Assembly: GCA_965645245.1 (NCBI GenBank)
Contig: OZ287068.1
Coordinates: 1,488,001 to 1,552,000, forward strand
Length of the DNA: 64,000 nucleotides
Origin: Massalongia carnosa
Lineage: Eukaryota
Direction: 5' to 3'
Shown piece by piece: positions 23,831 to 37,025 of this stretch. The notes beneath the pieces are model-generated. The model searched no databases and was not told where the DNA came from. It saw only the letters and a list, made by a program, of their open reading frames with translations. The first letter of the stretch is position 1, and each line of letters starts with the position of its first letter. The translations under genes were made by a program, and so were the position numbers.

Positions 23831-25099
23831 CTATTGTGCAGAGCGGCCCAAGGTTTCTATTTTGGCCTCGCCCTCGCGTTGCAGATCGTAATAAGTCTTT
23901 TTAAGATACTCAAAAGTAAGAATAGTGGTCATAGCAGATGGTACTGCTCTTATCAGATTTGTGCCAAGTCCAGCGTAGAAACCTCTCCAACCTTCCTCTG
24001 CTAGAATGACTTTGCATGTCTGCACAGTGCCCCGGTAGCGTAAACCGTTAATCATGCCATCGGAGGAAGCACCGCCCGGTGGTCGATTCTGATTTGCTGC
24101 CTTTTCAAAATCCCCCCTAAATTGGATGCCTTCCGAGGAATGGTTTGGCATAGATCTTTGTTGCGTTTGAAGACGGGTGCGGACAACTTCATGTGGATAA
24201 GTCGCGGTGCTTGCACAGACTTTACTGAGGAATACGGCAAATGCCAAGCCATAGAAATGATGGTTCCTGTCATCTTCGGTTTCGGTGTTACCAGCCCCTA
24301 ATCCAGTGAACCTTTCCTTGAAGACTTCATATAAGGGAAACTGTATCGCCACATGAGTTAATCCTAGCAGAGCTGGTGTTAGGCCTGAATAGAATGAAAG
24401 AAGGCCTTCTGTCCGATACATTTTTCTCGCGGCATCAAAAGTATTGCGGTAATGCCAGGGTGACCGTGAATGGTTGTTCGCGGACCGTGAACTAGTTTGG
24501 GACATGAGTCTTGTTTTTATAACCCAAATCGGATTTGTCGTCATTGTCGAGCACGCACCTCCAGTTAGTGATGCGTAGATATTCGCAAGAAACCAGTTAT
24601 CTATATGAATGATTTCAGTAATGATCTGCTAAGACAAAATCCGTCATTGCCTACCTGTTTTGGTTCTGAAAAAGGTCTGCGCTTTGTTATAAACAGTTAA
24701 ATAAACAGCCCATGTTGGCACATAGCCCAGAAGCATTGGTCCTAGCCCTCGATACAATCCCTTAATGCCTTCTTCCTTCCAAATCATTCCCGCGGTCCCT
24801 TGCACACCATGATATGCTGACGTTCTAACATTCAGGCCATCCTTTGCCACTTGGAATCCGCCCTGAGCTTGTAACTTCGTCTTAATCACATCTAATGGAC
24901 AGCTGACCAAGCCTGATACAGCCCCAGCAATCCCTCCCGACACTGGGAGCACGTACGCCTGAGGTAATCGCACTGCCCAGCTTTCAAGTCCACTGATCGG
25001 AGAAGTTAGATTTGTGCTATGACGATGCAGCTGCCCGTCTTTTGATTCACCAGCATCCTGAGAAGCAATCGGAGATGCAGGCGTTCGATCGAAGGACAT
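23831..25099 (-). CDS. Mitochondrial carrier (SLC25), NAD+/folate carrier-like (Ndt1/Yia6 type); intron 24601-24654
   Basis: Three Px(D/E)xx(K/R)x(K/R) signatures: PLDVIKTKLQ, PIWVIKTRLM, PHEVVRTRLQ; W in repeat 2 typical of the NAD+/folate subgroup. Confidence 0.92.
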
Positions 25100-25647
25100 T
25101 TTCGATATTGAATGTTCTAACTAGCAGCACTTTGCTAGCAAATTATCTGTCAATTGTTTTTGAGCGAAACTCGAAAGAGATAGCAGGTAATGCTGACGGA
25201 TTTTTCACTTACACCGCTCGTCAACATGCCAGGAGTGCGTACCCCGCAGCACTTCCGTGGGGGGTTTGATCAACGATTGAACTCCATTCCATTAACAGAC
25301 GGCTTGGCCGAGGTGTTCTGAAGATGTGCGACGGTTTCTGCAATTTCCAAAGGTCTGGAAAATAATGTTTCCAAAAATTGAAAATCCTTCATCCCACAAA
25401 GAAGAACGCTGTTTCTGGGCCTGTCAAAGGCGGAGTTATCTTCCTACGTATTTTTGAATTAATTTCCTGTTCGAGTTAGTGGTAAGGTGAAGCTTTCAAA
25501 GCTAATTGATCAAAAACTTACGCTAACGAGAATTGAAATGTATCACCAATGCCGATGTTACCAATAAATTACGAGTCTAGCATCATTACATCAAGTACAT
25601 CAACGACTTTGGATATTCGCTCTCGTTTTATCAAAGAGCATACCAAC

Positions 25648-26253
25648 ATGTCGGCGCCTTCAATTACCAATATCATTATAAAGAGGCCGTGGTTAAAGCG
25701 ATGGATGACACCATTGGCTAAATGGTACGCCGACGCTGCTGGATATCGAAAGCTTGGACTGAGGTAGCTGCTCCGAAGCTGAGACGTCATAAACTACTTG
25801 TAGTTTTGCAGCAGAGCATCACATGCCTTATCCTCGTGGTACCTAAAACAGTTTACAATGAGTGCTAATATATTTAAAAATCTAGAGCTGATGATCTAAT
25901 TCCCGAAGAGTCCGATACCGTCCTGCTCGCTCTGAAGCGGCTACCACCTAAAGAAGCATACGATCGAGTCTTCCGACTCAGAAGGGCCTTCCAGGTCTGT
26001 CGTTAAATAGCCGGGTTAGCTGAGAAGGTTTGAGGCTGATCTCTGAAAGTGCTCCCTTGCCCACCAGTTGTTACCCAAAGATCAGCAAACAAAGCCCGAT
26101 GAAGTGAGGGCCGTCCTGTTTCCCATTAGACTTCCTTGCTCATCGTAATCACAGGATTATCCATATCTTTCAGGCATCATTCAGGAAATTGAAGCAGAAG
26201 CAAGAGAGCGAGGGGATCTGGAAGCTATGATTGTTAACAAGAAAAAAACCTAG
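25648..26253 (+). CDS. QCR7: Cytochrome bc1 complex subunit 7 (4 exons)
   Basis: Spliced product MSAPSIT..AAGYRKLGLR|ADDLIPEESDTVLLALKRLPPKEAYDRVFRLRRAFQ|CSLAHQLLPKDQQTKPDE|DYPYLSGIIQEIEAEARERGDLE. Confidence 0.96.
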
Positions 26254-26605
26254 TAGATTGAGGCATTTGGCTCCTATCAACACTGTAAAAGCAACCACTT
26301 CGTGCGAAGCGTATTCTCACCAATGTGCCTTGGTCCCTTTGTACACAGTTTTATGGTCTACTCAGTACTTAATTGGCAGACATACTCATGTTTCCCTTAT
26401 GTACCTATTCCAGTTTCAACTTAACTATATGTCTTATTTGTTCAAGAGAATCTTGAAATCTGTCAAGAGTTTCCTGGAGTCTGGTTTTCGACAAGAGAAC
26501 TGTTTGCGGACTTAGAATAACTCTATTCTCCCTTTGCTCCGAATATAGGTGCTATATTATATTTGATTTGCTTCAACCATCCTCTTGTTGATGCGTATTA
26601 AATAA

Positions 26606-27794
26606 TCAACTGTCTTCGATGGCCTTGAGATTGACGTTCTCAATCTTCCACATATACCACATGAATAGACTCCTGCAATTAATTAGCAACATAGAGGCCA
26701 AAAAATTATTATCGAGTATTACCGATATGGAGCAAATTTTGCAGAGAGTTCAAGCATATCCTGTTCAGACATATATTTCCACTTACCACCTCCCTTCGCT
26801 TTGATCTTTTTAACGTCTTTGCCTATCCAAGCTGCCATCCCTCTCCTGGGTAGAATCAGCATATGCCTTCTATTTTAAGAAAAGAGCAGTCATACTGTAC
26901 ACCTAAATCACCGGTCGAAAGAATATCCATTCTCTTCAGGCCAAAACAAGCAAACATCTCCACAGACCATTTCCCTAATCCCCTCACCGCTGTCAATGTT
27001 CCCAGCACTTCTTTGTCGTCAGCGTTAATCAGCATTGCCGCGCTCAGCTCTCCACTGGCGAACTTCTCTGCGAGCCCTTTGATGTACTCTGCTTTTCGCT
27101 GCGAAAGTCCAGCTTGACGTAAGCGCTGCACATCGGCCGCAGCCACTTCTATTGGCTGGGGAAATTTCCTAGATGCTTGATTTTCTTCACCCACTAACAC
27201 AGGCTGGAAAAGGCTAAGGAATTTTTTTTTTATCGAACTGGCAGCTGCACCCGAAACCTGCTGAGACATGATTCCACTGCAAAGGCTTTCAAAGGGGTCA
27301 ATCTCCTCTGCCAATCCTTCCGCAGAGAAAACATTACAAGGATACTTTTCGATGAGAGGCTTCAGTCCTGGATCCATTTTCAGGAGGTGGCTATACGCTT
27401 GTTCTAATAAATTCGCTGTTGTGGTCGTGGGTTGCGAATTTTCACCTGCATCCATCCGGGGTCTAATCGTGGACTCCTGACTAGAGTTAAACAGACGAGA
27501 ACCTAGTGAAGTTCTCAATGGCGTATATTTTCTATGTGGGTTTGCAGGTTGATCCAGGAGAGGATCTGACGGACCGCTTTCATTGGTGTTACTGCATCTG
27601 GGTTTCGAGTCCGGGGCTGCATCTAGAGAAGCAACTCGGAGCCTCTTTTTAGCTGGACTCAATGGAGCTTCTAATGAAGGCGCAGTTCGATGGTCCACAG
27701 TTGTTTTGCCGACTTCCTTACCAAAGGGTTTAACAACTTTTCCAGTAATCCCAGGTGAGGCCATCGCCCTGCTGCGCAAGACGCGGTTCGACAT
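26606..27794 (-). CDS. MAG1: DNA-3-methyladenine glycosylase (HhH-GPD, AlkA/Mag1 family), 3 exons
   Basis: IMSQQVSGAAA, GLSQRKAEY, HhH LTAVRGLGKWSVEMF, GDLGVQ|RG, APYR|SLFMWYMW; intron 26846-26895. Confidence 0.92.
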
Positions 27795-28474
27795 GACTAA
27801 ATTAACTATAGATTAACGAGAGGAAGCTGTGTATTCAAAACGTATAAGAGATTGATTCCCCGTCTCGTAGAATATATCTCATGCAAAGCCTCTCCTTACT
27901 TGACGAAGACTGGAGAATGGCGAAGTGAGAATAATGGTGCATCCTCCTATCAATATTAAAAAATCATGGTTGTTATAGTACACAATATCTTACTTGAGAT
28001 GTGAAGGACTGTAAAAGGTCGATTAGTCTCTGATATGCATTTTGTACGGAGTATCTGGGGAGAAAATTGCAACTTATTATTATTTATAGCTTAGCGTACA
28101 TGCATGCCCGCAACCCGTTTTGATACACCCTTGAGGTTTTTTTTTTTATTAATTCATTAAGCGTATGCATCCTAAGGATATGACGCTGTGACTGCTATTT
28201 AGGTACATAAACAACAGTCAGGAAGTGGAAACCTGGCCCCCAGGGTAAAACCACTCCCTTTTTCCATGTTGAACGCAACGAGAACGTCCTTCTACCACGC
28301 GGTGCATACACCCAGATCTTCAAGCGCTAGGAATCATATAGACTCGATGAACTAGACAGTGTATTTCCACACGTTTGACGAACGTTCTCTCTCTTTAAGT
28401 GTTTTGATTCAATGGAGGAAAGACTGGCCGTGATCGAGGGCAGATCGTGGTGTCGTATAAATGAAGGTGTGTAA

Positions 28475-28620
28475 GTGTGACCATTCTAAATGAATGGGCT
28501 TTTTCGATGTGGTGATAGGCTTCCGCCTGAGGGGTGTGGCCATTCCGAATGAATGGGCTTTTTCGATGAAGTGAAAGGCTTCCGCCTGAGGGGTGTGGCC
28601 ATTCTGAATGAATGGGCTTT
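28475..28620. repeat. 59-bp tandem repeat, ~2.5 copies
   Basis: Units start at 28475, 28534, 28593 (gtgtggccattccgaatgaatgggctttttcgatgaagtgaaaggcttccgcctgaggg). Confidence 0.9.
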
Positions 28621-29716
28621 GTATGTGTGCCTTCGAGGTGACGAATGATCAGTAGAGACGTTGATCGTTCAAATGGCCACCGAGGTGGACGTCCGCGTTG
28701 GCGATGATCAGATATTGGCCACCTCCGAGGAGGTGTTGATAGCCTGCACCACGTAGAGGTTTCTGACCCAGCAGGCCCACCATTGAGGTTTAACCTCCCT
28801 ACGAAGAACCCCAAAGCTTCTTTTTCACCTACTACCATAGCTGATGGTTTTTATCATGTGAGTTTAATCAGCGTATTCAATTCATCCAGAACCCAGAAGA
28901 TTGTACGATCTTTGAAAAAGGGTTAAGGAGTCTGTATTAAATAACTACATATGGCCAAAAACCGTTCCTGCATAGACTAGGCAAATTTGCCTGCTACCAT
29001 TACCTTCATTCAATAACCCATCGTTGTGATTTGTTTAATAAGACAATCCTCTAGCACATTTGGGTTTTCTAATGGTGGGCACAAAAGACTCTTGGCAGAA
29101 CAGATTGGCCGAACTATATAATATGTTTTTATATTGTTAAACGGTCAATATCACTTTTCAGGAGAGAACTCTTCTGCCCCTAAGTTCCCCACTTGTTGCC
29201 CCAAATCCTCTCATCTTATTTCTATACTAATAACTTAATCAGGTTGTCCAAATAATTTTCTTTTCTGGTGTTTTTGGTTTATTTGTGACCTAACAACCTG
29301 CCTACCTTTCTTCAAACCGATTGGGAAGGGAGGTAGGAAAGTAGAGAAGTATAAGGGGAAAAACGAGGGGGGAAAAGGGATGAAAGGTTGAAGATTCAGG
29401 AAGGTAGGCAAAAAGAAGCAGGTTTTAGGAACGTAAGGAATTAAAGTACAGACAAGGTTGGAACATCTCGATCGAAAAGATGAAAATGAACCTATTTATT
29501 ATACGTTGGTTGTTCCACCAAACGCTCAACAAAAGCGACGAACACTCTGCTAGCTTTTGCCTGTATCCTTCGAATGTGCTGAAGTGGTTTTGTCAGTAAG
29601 TGATGGTGCTTATTTCGCTTTGTATATTCTGTACTCTGCAACGGATTTTGATAAGATTGATATGCCCAACCAACTCCATATGTATTGAACTATATCTCAA
29701 GATGCATGAAGCGGTA

Positions 29717-31411
29717 CGAAGGATGACGCTGAAAGTCCTTGCTAACGCTAAATATGCAGCTAAAAAAGCCACTTTACATGGGTATATTTACATGGATAGA
29801 TATTTATTAAATATTAATCCATCGAATAATCGCATGAAGCTATTTAGAATTACCACCTCCATCATCTTTATCACTCACATTCATCGCTGTCAGTGCTTTC
29901 TCGTTTGAGATGAGCGCGATGATATCGAACACGGCGATCTTCTGTATTATACGGTCGTAGGACTCCGATCTCTCTACCTTCTCTATACTCGTTACCTCCG
30001 TCCAACAATATCACCTCGTCAACATGTCGCTTTATACGTTCAATCCAGGACTGAATTCTTTTCTGCGTCAACTCCTCCGTCCAGCACTTTGTCCAGGCCA
30101 TTTCAGCCTCAATACGAGTCCGCGGAGCACCTAATCGAGTGGTTCTTCGCTTCATCCAGAACCAACAAGGCTCGATCATGTTCAGATCAGGAGAGTTTCC
30201 AGGCCATAACAGACGCATGACGTTGAAATCCATAAAGGTCAGATTTTGATGTTTGGATGCGTGGCTGGGCCTTGTCTTCCTGTTCGATAGTGTTTGGTCG
30301 ATCTATCATACATTCTTTTGCAAACGGAAGAAGCTTAGGAATTAAGACGAGTTTTTGATAACGATACCAGTCCACTCCTCCTTTGCCATCTCAAACGACT
30401 TTACCGTGTGTTTTATCCCATTTCCAGATAGGTTTTCGACCTCCTGGATTACGTAGCTTCATTCGTCTCATGCTGGTTTCTAACTCCCAATTCTCTTTAG
30501 CTTCTGATTCTAAAGTCTCATTGAGTTTATCTAACTCAATTTGAGCCTCTCTTTTCTCTTTTGCAGTCTCTGTTTTCCAGATATGAAAAGGTCCTTTCTT
30601 TTCGTACGAAAAACAGCCCCAAAACAAAAACTCGGAGCATCCTTTCCATCTACGTCGAATACACGTTTTAGCATACATTTCTTTCGAGGTACGCCACTGA
30701 AGTCTTCTTCCACGTTTAGAACCCAATATAATGCTTGTTTCGCCAGTCCATATAACGTTCTTCCAATCATCAATAGTCCAGTGCTGATATCGCAAACAAA
30801 ATTGCAGACGAGCCTCTTTCATGATCGAATCTAGACCTGGCTTTTTTGTGCTTTTACAGAGGCGAAACCCATTCTGTTTAAAGAGTACGAAGCATAGTAG
30901 TGGAGGAGAGTTTATGATCAAAGCCAATCATAGCTGATGATTTTTCTCTGCTATTTCGATCTTGGACTACATTATTCAATATAGCTTGCTCTACCTCCGG
31001 TGTAACCTTTTTAGGTCGTCCTGAACGAGGTGCATCTTCTATATATTCTACTTCTAAAACACGAGATACAGCTGGATCATATCCACGCTGTCGTGCTTTG
31101 ATTTTGAGAGCTGAAATCGATCTTGTGGAGACTCCAGTCACTGCTTGCACGATTTTCGCCGCAATTCCGTGTTCTACAAGCGCTAAAGCCTGTATTCTTT
31201 GTGCAATCGTGAGACTATTGCTCTGTACATTGGGCATGATAATGATGATGATTAAAACCTTCTACTGAATATCAGATGTAGTAGTACTGTCTTTTTGACG
31301 AAGAGAACAGAAGCAATTCAAGATTTTCTAGACTATTTTAGTACTTGTAAGCTAATAAACACTAATGCACGTCTCATGTACGCTAGCAAGGACTTTCAGC
31401 GTCATCCTTCG
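29717..31411 (-). mobile_element. Tc1 (DD34E) DNA transposon, uninterrupted copy of the 11426 family; transposase pseudogene 29871-31237
   Basis: Perfect TIR CGAAGGATGACGCTGAAAGTCCTTGCTA, TA at 29715-29716 and 31412-31413; frameshifts near 30880 and 30265, TGA at 30391. Confidence 0.95.
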
Positions 31412-32002
31412 TACTCGGTGCTAGTTATAGAGTATGCAAGGTTCAGCTTACTAACATACTTACATCGCTCTATGAGCCGTCTAAGCCCCCCTGGATTAGC
31501 CTATTTGGCTAAGCTCCTTCGGATTAGCGTCTCAGCTAACTAACGTGACATCTGAACATAGAACTCAAAATTACAGTCAGATATACGTAATTAACCATGT
31601 AATACAGAGGAAAATACGTCAAGTCTTGATTTACGCTAGCTATATGCGGCTGGTACAATTAGGCTCAATACAATATCGTACTTATGCTCGGGCTTTCATA
31701 GGTGATAAGACACCTAAATGTAACCCGAGAGATAGGCGTCATGTAGCCTAGATAATAGGTGCTGTGTGCCCGGAGCGGTATATGTAAGCATATACATTGT
31801 TTTAGCGCAAATCAAGACTTTGCATCTAGAGAAAAGCTGCATAATCAGTCTATTAACTTGAAAGGCTAACTAGAAGGGGCTTAGCGAAAAATTTTTGAGG
31901 TAAGCATCACGAGCAATCTATGACGAGTCGGGTTGTGGACCCGCAAGAACTAGGAAGAGAAGATAACGTTTGACAAGATGACGAGTTAAGTTATACAACC
32001 TA

Positions 32003-33272
32003 TCCGGCGATTTAGTTGTTAGTACGATACATACCTCGATCTACATTAACTATACTCGATATGGCTTAGACGTTTGGAACAACTTTCATCTTCACTTTTT
32101 CATTTTTCATCAGCATCATGGAGTCCGTTCAGCCTGCACCCGTCATACCCATTAAACAAAAGGAATTATCTCGTGATACGCGTCTTCAAATCCAAACTCT
32201 GAAAGATGTAGCTGGATGGCGCTATTCTCGAATTGCCAATGAATTGAGAATCACAGCTCGTCAGGTTCAGTATGCTTGCACTACCGATCGACTCACTCCG
32301 CAGAAGAAACGATGCGGACGAAAACCCTTGATTGATGCTCAGTCTCAAGAGGTATTAGTTGAATTTGTATGCGCATCAATGAGAAATCGTCAAATGCCTT
32401 ACTGTCAAATTCCCTTGACACTGGGGTGGAATGTTTCTGAAGATGCCATACGAAGAGCACTAAAATCGCAAGGTTTTTCGAGACATGTCGCTCGTCGAAA
32501 GCCTCCTATCTCCGAAGTCAATCGAGTTCGACGTTTGAATTGGGCGATGGAGCATTTGGATTGGACCAGGGAATAATGGGAGAGAATTATATGGAGCGAC
32601 GAGACATGGGTCACAGGCTCTAGACATCGAAAGATATTCGTGACCAGAAGAGCTCATGAAGAATATGACCCCACCTTCGTTGTTTCCAAGCCTCCTCGTC
32701 GAGGTGGATAGATGTTTTGGGGATGCTTTTTTGGTACTACGAAAGGACCTTGTTTATTTTGGGAAAAGGACTGGGGTAGCATCAAAAAGTCTCTTATTGT
32801 CAGCGAATTGTTCCCATTGTTCATGGCTGGATGAGAATGAACTCGGGACTGCTTTTCATGCAAGATAATGCCCCAGGTCATGCAGCTGAATTAACCCTTC
32901 AGGAATTTCGCGATAGAGGAGTTTCAGTCATCGAATGGCCTTCCTTCTCACCCGACTTGAATCCTATTGAAACTGTTTGGCGAATAATGAAGGACTGGAT
33001 ATAAAATGTTTATGGAGACGAGGATAAACTCTCGTATGATGCTCTACGAAAGGCAGTGAGGGAGTCCTGGGATGCTATATCTTCAGAACAATTAGGAGGG
33101 TTAATTGACTCCATGCATGATCGATGTGTAGCTGTTCAAATGGCAAACGGGATGTACACTAAATATTAATGAGAATTGATTGGACGAAGCAGATTAAGTC
33201 AGCAACCCTTTTTGGTATGGTGAAGTGGGTAAAAATCGCTGCACGTACCTTACTAACAACTAAATCGCTGGA
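32003..33272 (+). mobile_element. Tc1-family DNA transposon; transposase pseudogene 32118-33169
   Basis: TIR TCC(G/A)GCGATTTAGTTGTTAGTA, TA at 32001-32002 and 33273-33274; motifs WSDETW, FMQDNAPGH, WPSFSPDLNPIETVW; several stops and a frameshift. Confidence 0.92.
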
Positions 33273-34399
33273 TACCATAGTACGCTGATATATGAATATT
33301 ACTGTTGGATAGTGCATGATTAGCTAGGTGTTACCTGTGCTCTGTCGCCGAGTACAGTAAAAGTACGTAGTACAAAGTACTTGCATATGCGACCCATCGG
33401 TAACTTAGCTGCAAGTTGAAAAGAACAATCGTGAAACCAGAATCTACACTCTGCAGAGTATTCTTAAGACAATACTCCGTCTGTATCGAGTAACTACCTA
33501 CTCCGTACTCTGGAAACTGTTGATTCAACTGCGGCAGACAGCCAAAAAGCTCAATGATGACTTGAGCATCATGCTGAGTCTCATGAAAATAGAAGTACAT
33601 AGATATTGAAGATATAGACGTTTATAGCAATAAATTACGTTAATATTATACGGAGTACTTGGTATAGAGTAGAGAGTAAGTAATACTCTGTATAGGGTAC
33701 CGAGTACTTTGTACCTGTAATCTGCAAATTACCAGGTAACGAGGACAATAAACCAGGGAACGAAAAGAATGAGGCCTCAGAACGCGCTTAACACGCCAAC
33801 CGTATCCATGTATGTCATTCATTCACTAGCACCCAACCAAAACATTCCCCTTTCCCTTTTTCTAATTCCCTTTTCTGCCCTGCTTTCCACTCCAAAATTT
33901 TCATCTTGGAAGCAGCCACCCCCCACCCGTGCACCGCCAACTTCATCGATCTCAAATTCTTTCTGTCGTTTCAGTGGTGCTCCGTACAGATTCTATCTTC
34001 ATCTTCATCGTACTCTTGGCCGCGACTTCCTGGGAGATATATCATAAGTTATCTCCGGCTGGCTAGCTTGTAATTACTAAATTGGCCCTTGTTTTCTTTT
34101 TCTTCCGCTCGTTTCTTCGACATTCACCTTCATCCCATTTCCATTCCTCAACAAACTTTTTCATCTCACAATACTACCATCAGTAACACATTATCTTCTC
34201 TCATCCATAGTCGTTAACACACTATTTCACGTAAGTCTTGATGCCTCTAGCGCATCTTATCCCATTCATCATCTAGCTTACTTTGGCTCATTCACATTGC
34301 TCTGTAATCTCACAGCTACAGCTTCAGTAGCATCATCAAGTAACATTGTCTTAAAGCTGACGCGTTCGTTGTGCAGTTATCCCACCATTCTCGATAGCA

Positions 34400-35781
34400 A
34401 TGGCAGTGGCCAAGTTTCTCGTTCCGGCTCTTGCGTTGGTCAGCGGTGTTGTCGGTAAGCTTCTTACTGTTAGACATTTAAGCCGCCGAGAGTATTCTTT
34501 ATATGCTTGCTCTGATATCGGAGAATGATTTTAGCTGACAACACTTGTTTGCATAGCTCAACAATGTAGTACTTCGGGAACCACCACCATTACGGCCTCC
34601 GCCGACGCAACGGCATTAGCCTCTTGCACCACATATAGCGGCTCTGTAGCTATCGAGACAGGGCTTGCGACTCCTAAGGACAGCAATGGTCACCAACAGC
34701 TCCGAGTCGACAATGTCAGGAAAATAACAGGCAACCTTACTGTTACCAACATTGCGGAGCTGACCAGTTTGATTTTCAGCTCTTTGCAATCGGTTTCGGG
34801 TTTTGAGCTTGGTGCTCTGAATGCGCTGTCCGAGCTCTCTTTCCCTCAGCTGACAACCGTCACACAACTTAATTTCACGGCGCTTGCCCAATTACAGCAA
34901 CTGGATTTTGGAGGTGTTGGGATCACGAAAGCTGCAAGCGTCCTCATTACTAACACCGGTCTCAGCTCACTGAATGGCATCAACAACCTCAAACAGGTGG
35001 ACATATTCAATGTTAACAACAACCAAGCTTTACAGAACATAAGTCTCCAGGTCACTAGCATTACGCAATCCCTTGATATCGAGGCGAACGATTTTCTGGT
35101 TTCTGGGCTATCAACATCATTTCCGTTGCTCCAGACAGCTCAAAATATGACTTTCCGCAATTGCAGCGAGATCTTATTACCTGCCCTTGTCAACGTTACG
35201 GAGGATCTTGGATTTTATGGAAATGATTTTATCAGCTTCACCGCACCAAACCTTACGACTGCCGGAGGACTTGTTTTCGTTGATAATACGCAATTGACGA
35301 ACATATCGCTTCCAGCGCTCGTATCCATCAACGGGACATATCAGATCGCCAATAATACCAAATTACCTAAGATCGATGGATTCCAAAATCTTTCTGTGAT
35401 AAAGGGTGCTCTGGACTTCAGCGGGAACTTTACCGAGTAAGCCTCTATACCTCTCAAGCCATGTTACCCTCCCCATATTCTGACTTCATTAGGGTTGATC
35501 TACCTGCTTTGACTCAGGTACAAGGTGCTTTCAATATACAAACCTCAGGGACGTTTGATTGCTCAGCATTTGATACCCTCCACAAGAATAAAGCTATTAG
35601 AGGAAATTACCACTGCCAAGGGAGCGCAACCAAGCCTGGGCCTGACGGTTCTAGTCCATCATCTTCTAATACTGGGGGTAAATCTTCGAAGACTGGGGCT
35701 GCCGTTCACTTCGAAGCCAATATTCCAATGCTCATAAGTGGATCGTCTCTCATAGCTGGGCTGTTACACTTCTTACTGTAG
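34400..35781 (+). CDS. ECM33: GPI-anchored cell wall organisation protein Ecm33 (receptor L-domain repeats), 3 coding exons plus probable 5' UTR intron (~34231-34376)
   Basis: Signal peptide MAVAKFLVPALALVSGVV; repeats LSFPQL, ISLPAL, GALDFSGNF, VDLPAL..VQGAFN; Ser/Gly-rich linker and hydrophobic C-terminal GPI signal. Confidence 0.93.
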
Positions 35782-37025
35782 CGGACGATCTTTTCGGAGA
35801 CCTTTGCTCCGCCTTCCACTAACTGATGCTCTTACGGTGTTCACGCTGTACCATCAAGAGTTTTAATGCAATTGAGCGAAGCTCGATTTGTCCAGAACAT
35901 GTTTATAAGCGTTGCATTGGTTTGTGCCCAGATCAGATTGATCTCGCTAGCGATGGGGTTTAATGGGGGTTGGACGAGGTTATTTAGCTGGAGCATGTTT
36001 ATCTTAGACGTGTGAGGAACGGTAGATATCATGCGGAGCCAACCTTGTCTGACTATTCTGTTTCAGCCTTTTCCTAGTAAATCAAAAGCCGCGTACATAA
36101 TATTTTCTTTGTGATTACTCCCTATATTCTCTGCCAGGTCTCCTGCCCCTTTTCCCACGGCGTGGAGGGAGACATTATGTTCCCGTCTATTTACCGATCT
36201 ACATACAATTGCGATAAAAAATTTCCTCCAGAACCAAACCCTCCCAAGGAGCATATGAAATGTTAACAAATCCAGGCAACCGATTCCAATCTGCTGCTGT
36301 ATTATTCTCTCCGCAATATACCTAAACCATGCGTAATAATCAAGCAGTATTGAGCTCAAATCGGTCATTGGAAGCGAACGTCAAATGAGAGTGCTTGAAT
36401 AAGTACTTACTTGTGTGGCCCAGAAGGTTGTCGGTTCCTTTTCGGGCTAGCGTTATACAATCAGATGGTGATTTGGCCACCCTCACCAGGAATAAAGATC
36501 TTCCGCATATAAAGTTTGACCGATGGCTACCAAATCACCAGCAAGAGAGGAATGTAGGTTTAAATGAAGCGATTCTATTGGTCTTGATCTGTACTTTTCG
36601 CTAACCATAGAAGGAAACGACAGACTTCTGGGCACTTAGTGCCTATTCAACTCGAGGAGTCGTTCCTAACTAGTAAGTTATAGCCTTACATTACAAAAAA
36701 ATATGGTATCCATTTTTGCAAAACGATACCCTAATTTATTTTTGATATTATGTATTTCAAACTCCAATATGAATACGTAAAGTATACCTGACCTAATTAC
36801 GAATTAAAATCGTACCTAACCGACATGCAGATAACAGCATCAAAACCTTCGAGATATCTTCGTTATTCACAATACAATCGCGACATCGGTTGATTGGGTT
36901 ACCTCCTTGCGAATTTTCGCCAGTACGCTGCCTTGGAGGCTATCTGTTGCTGATTTACAGGCCACAATATTTGTCTGCGTTAGCAGACCTTTTGAGATTG
37001 CCGTCGGCACATCCGCGGCGACGAT

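Noticed and set aside
25764..25885. Stwintron or intronic snoRNA in the longer QCR7 intron 1
   Set aside because: Single GT-AG excision already yields the conserved GLR|ADDL junction; no convincing C/D or H/ACA boxes seen
28475..28620. CRISPR-like array
   Set aside because: Whole units repeat with no unique spacers; eukaryotic context and no cas genes
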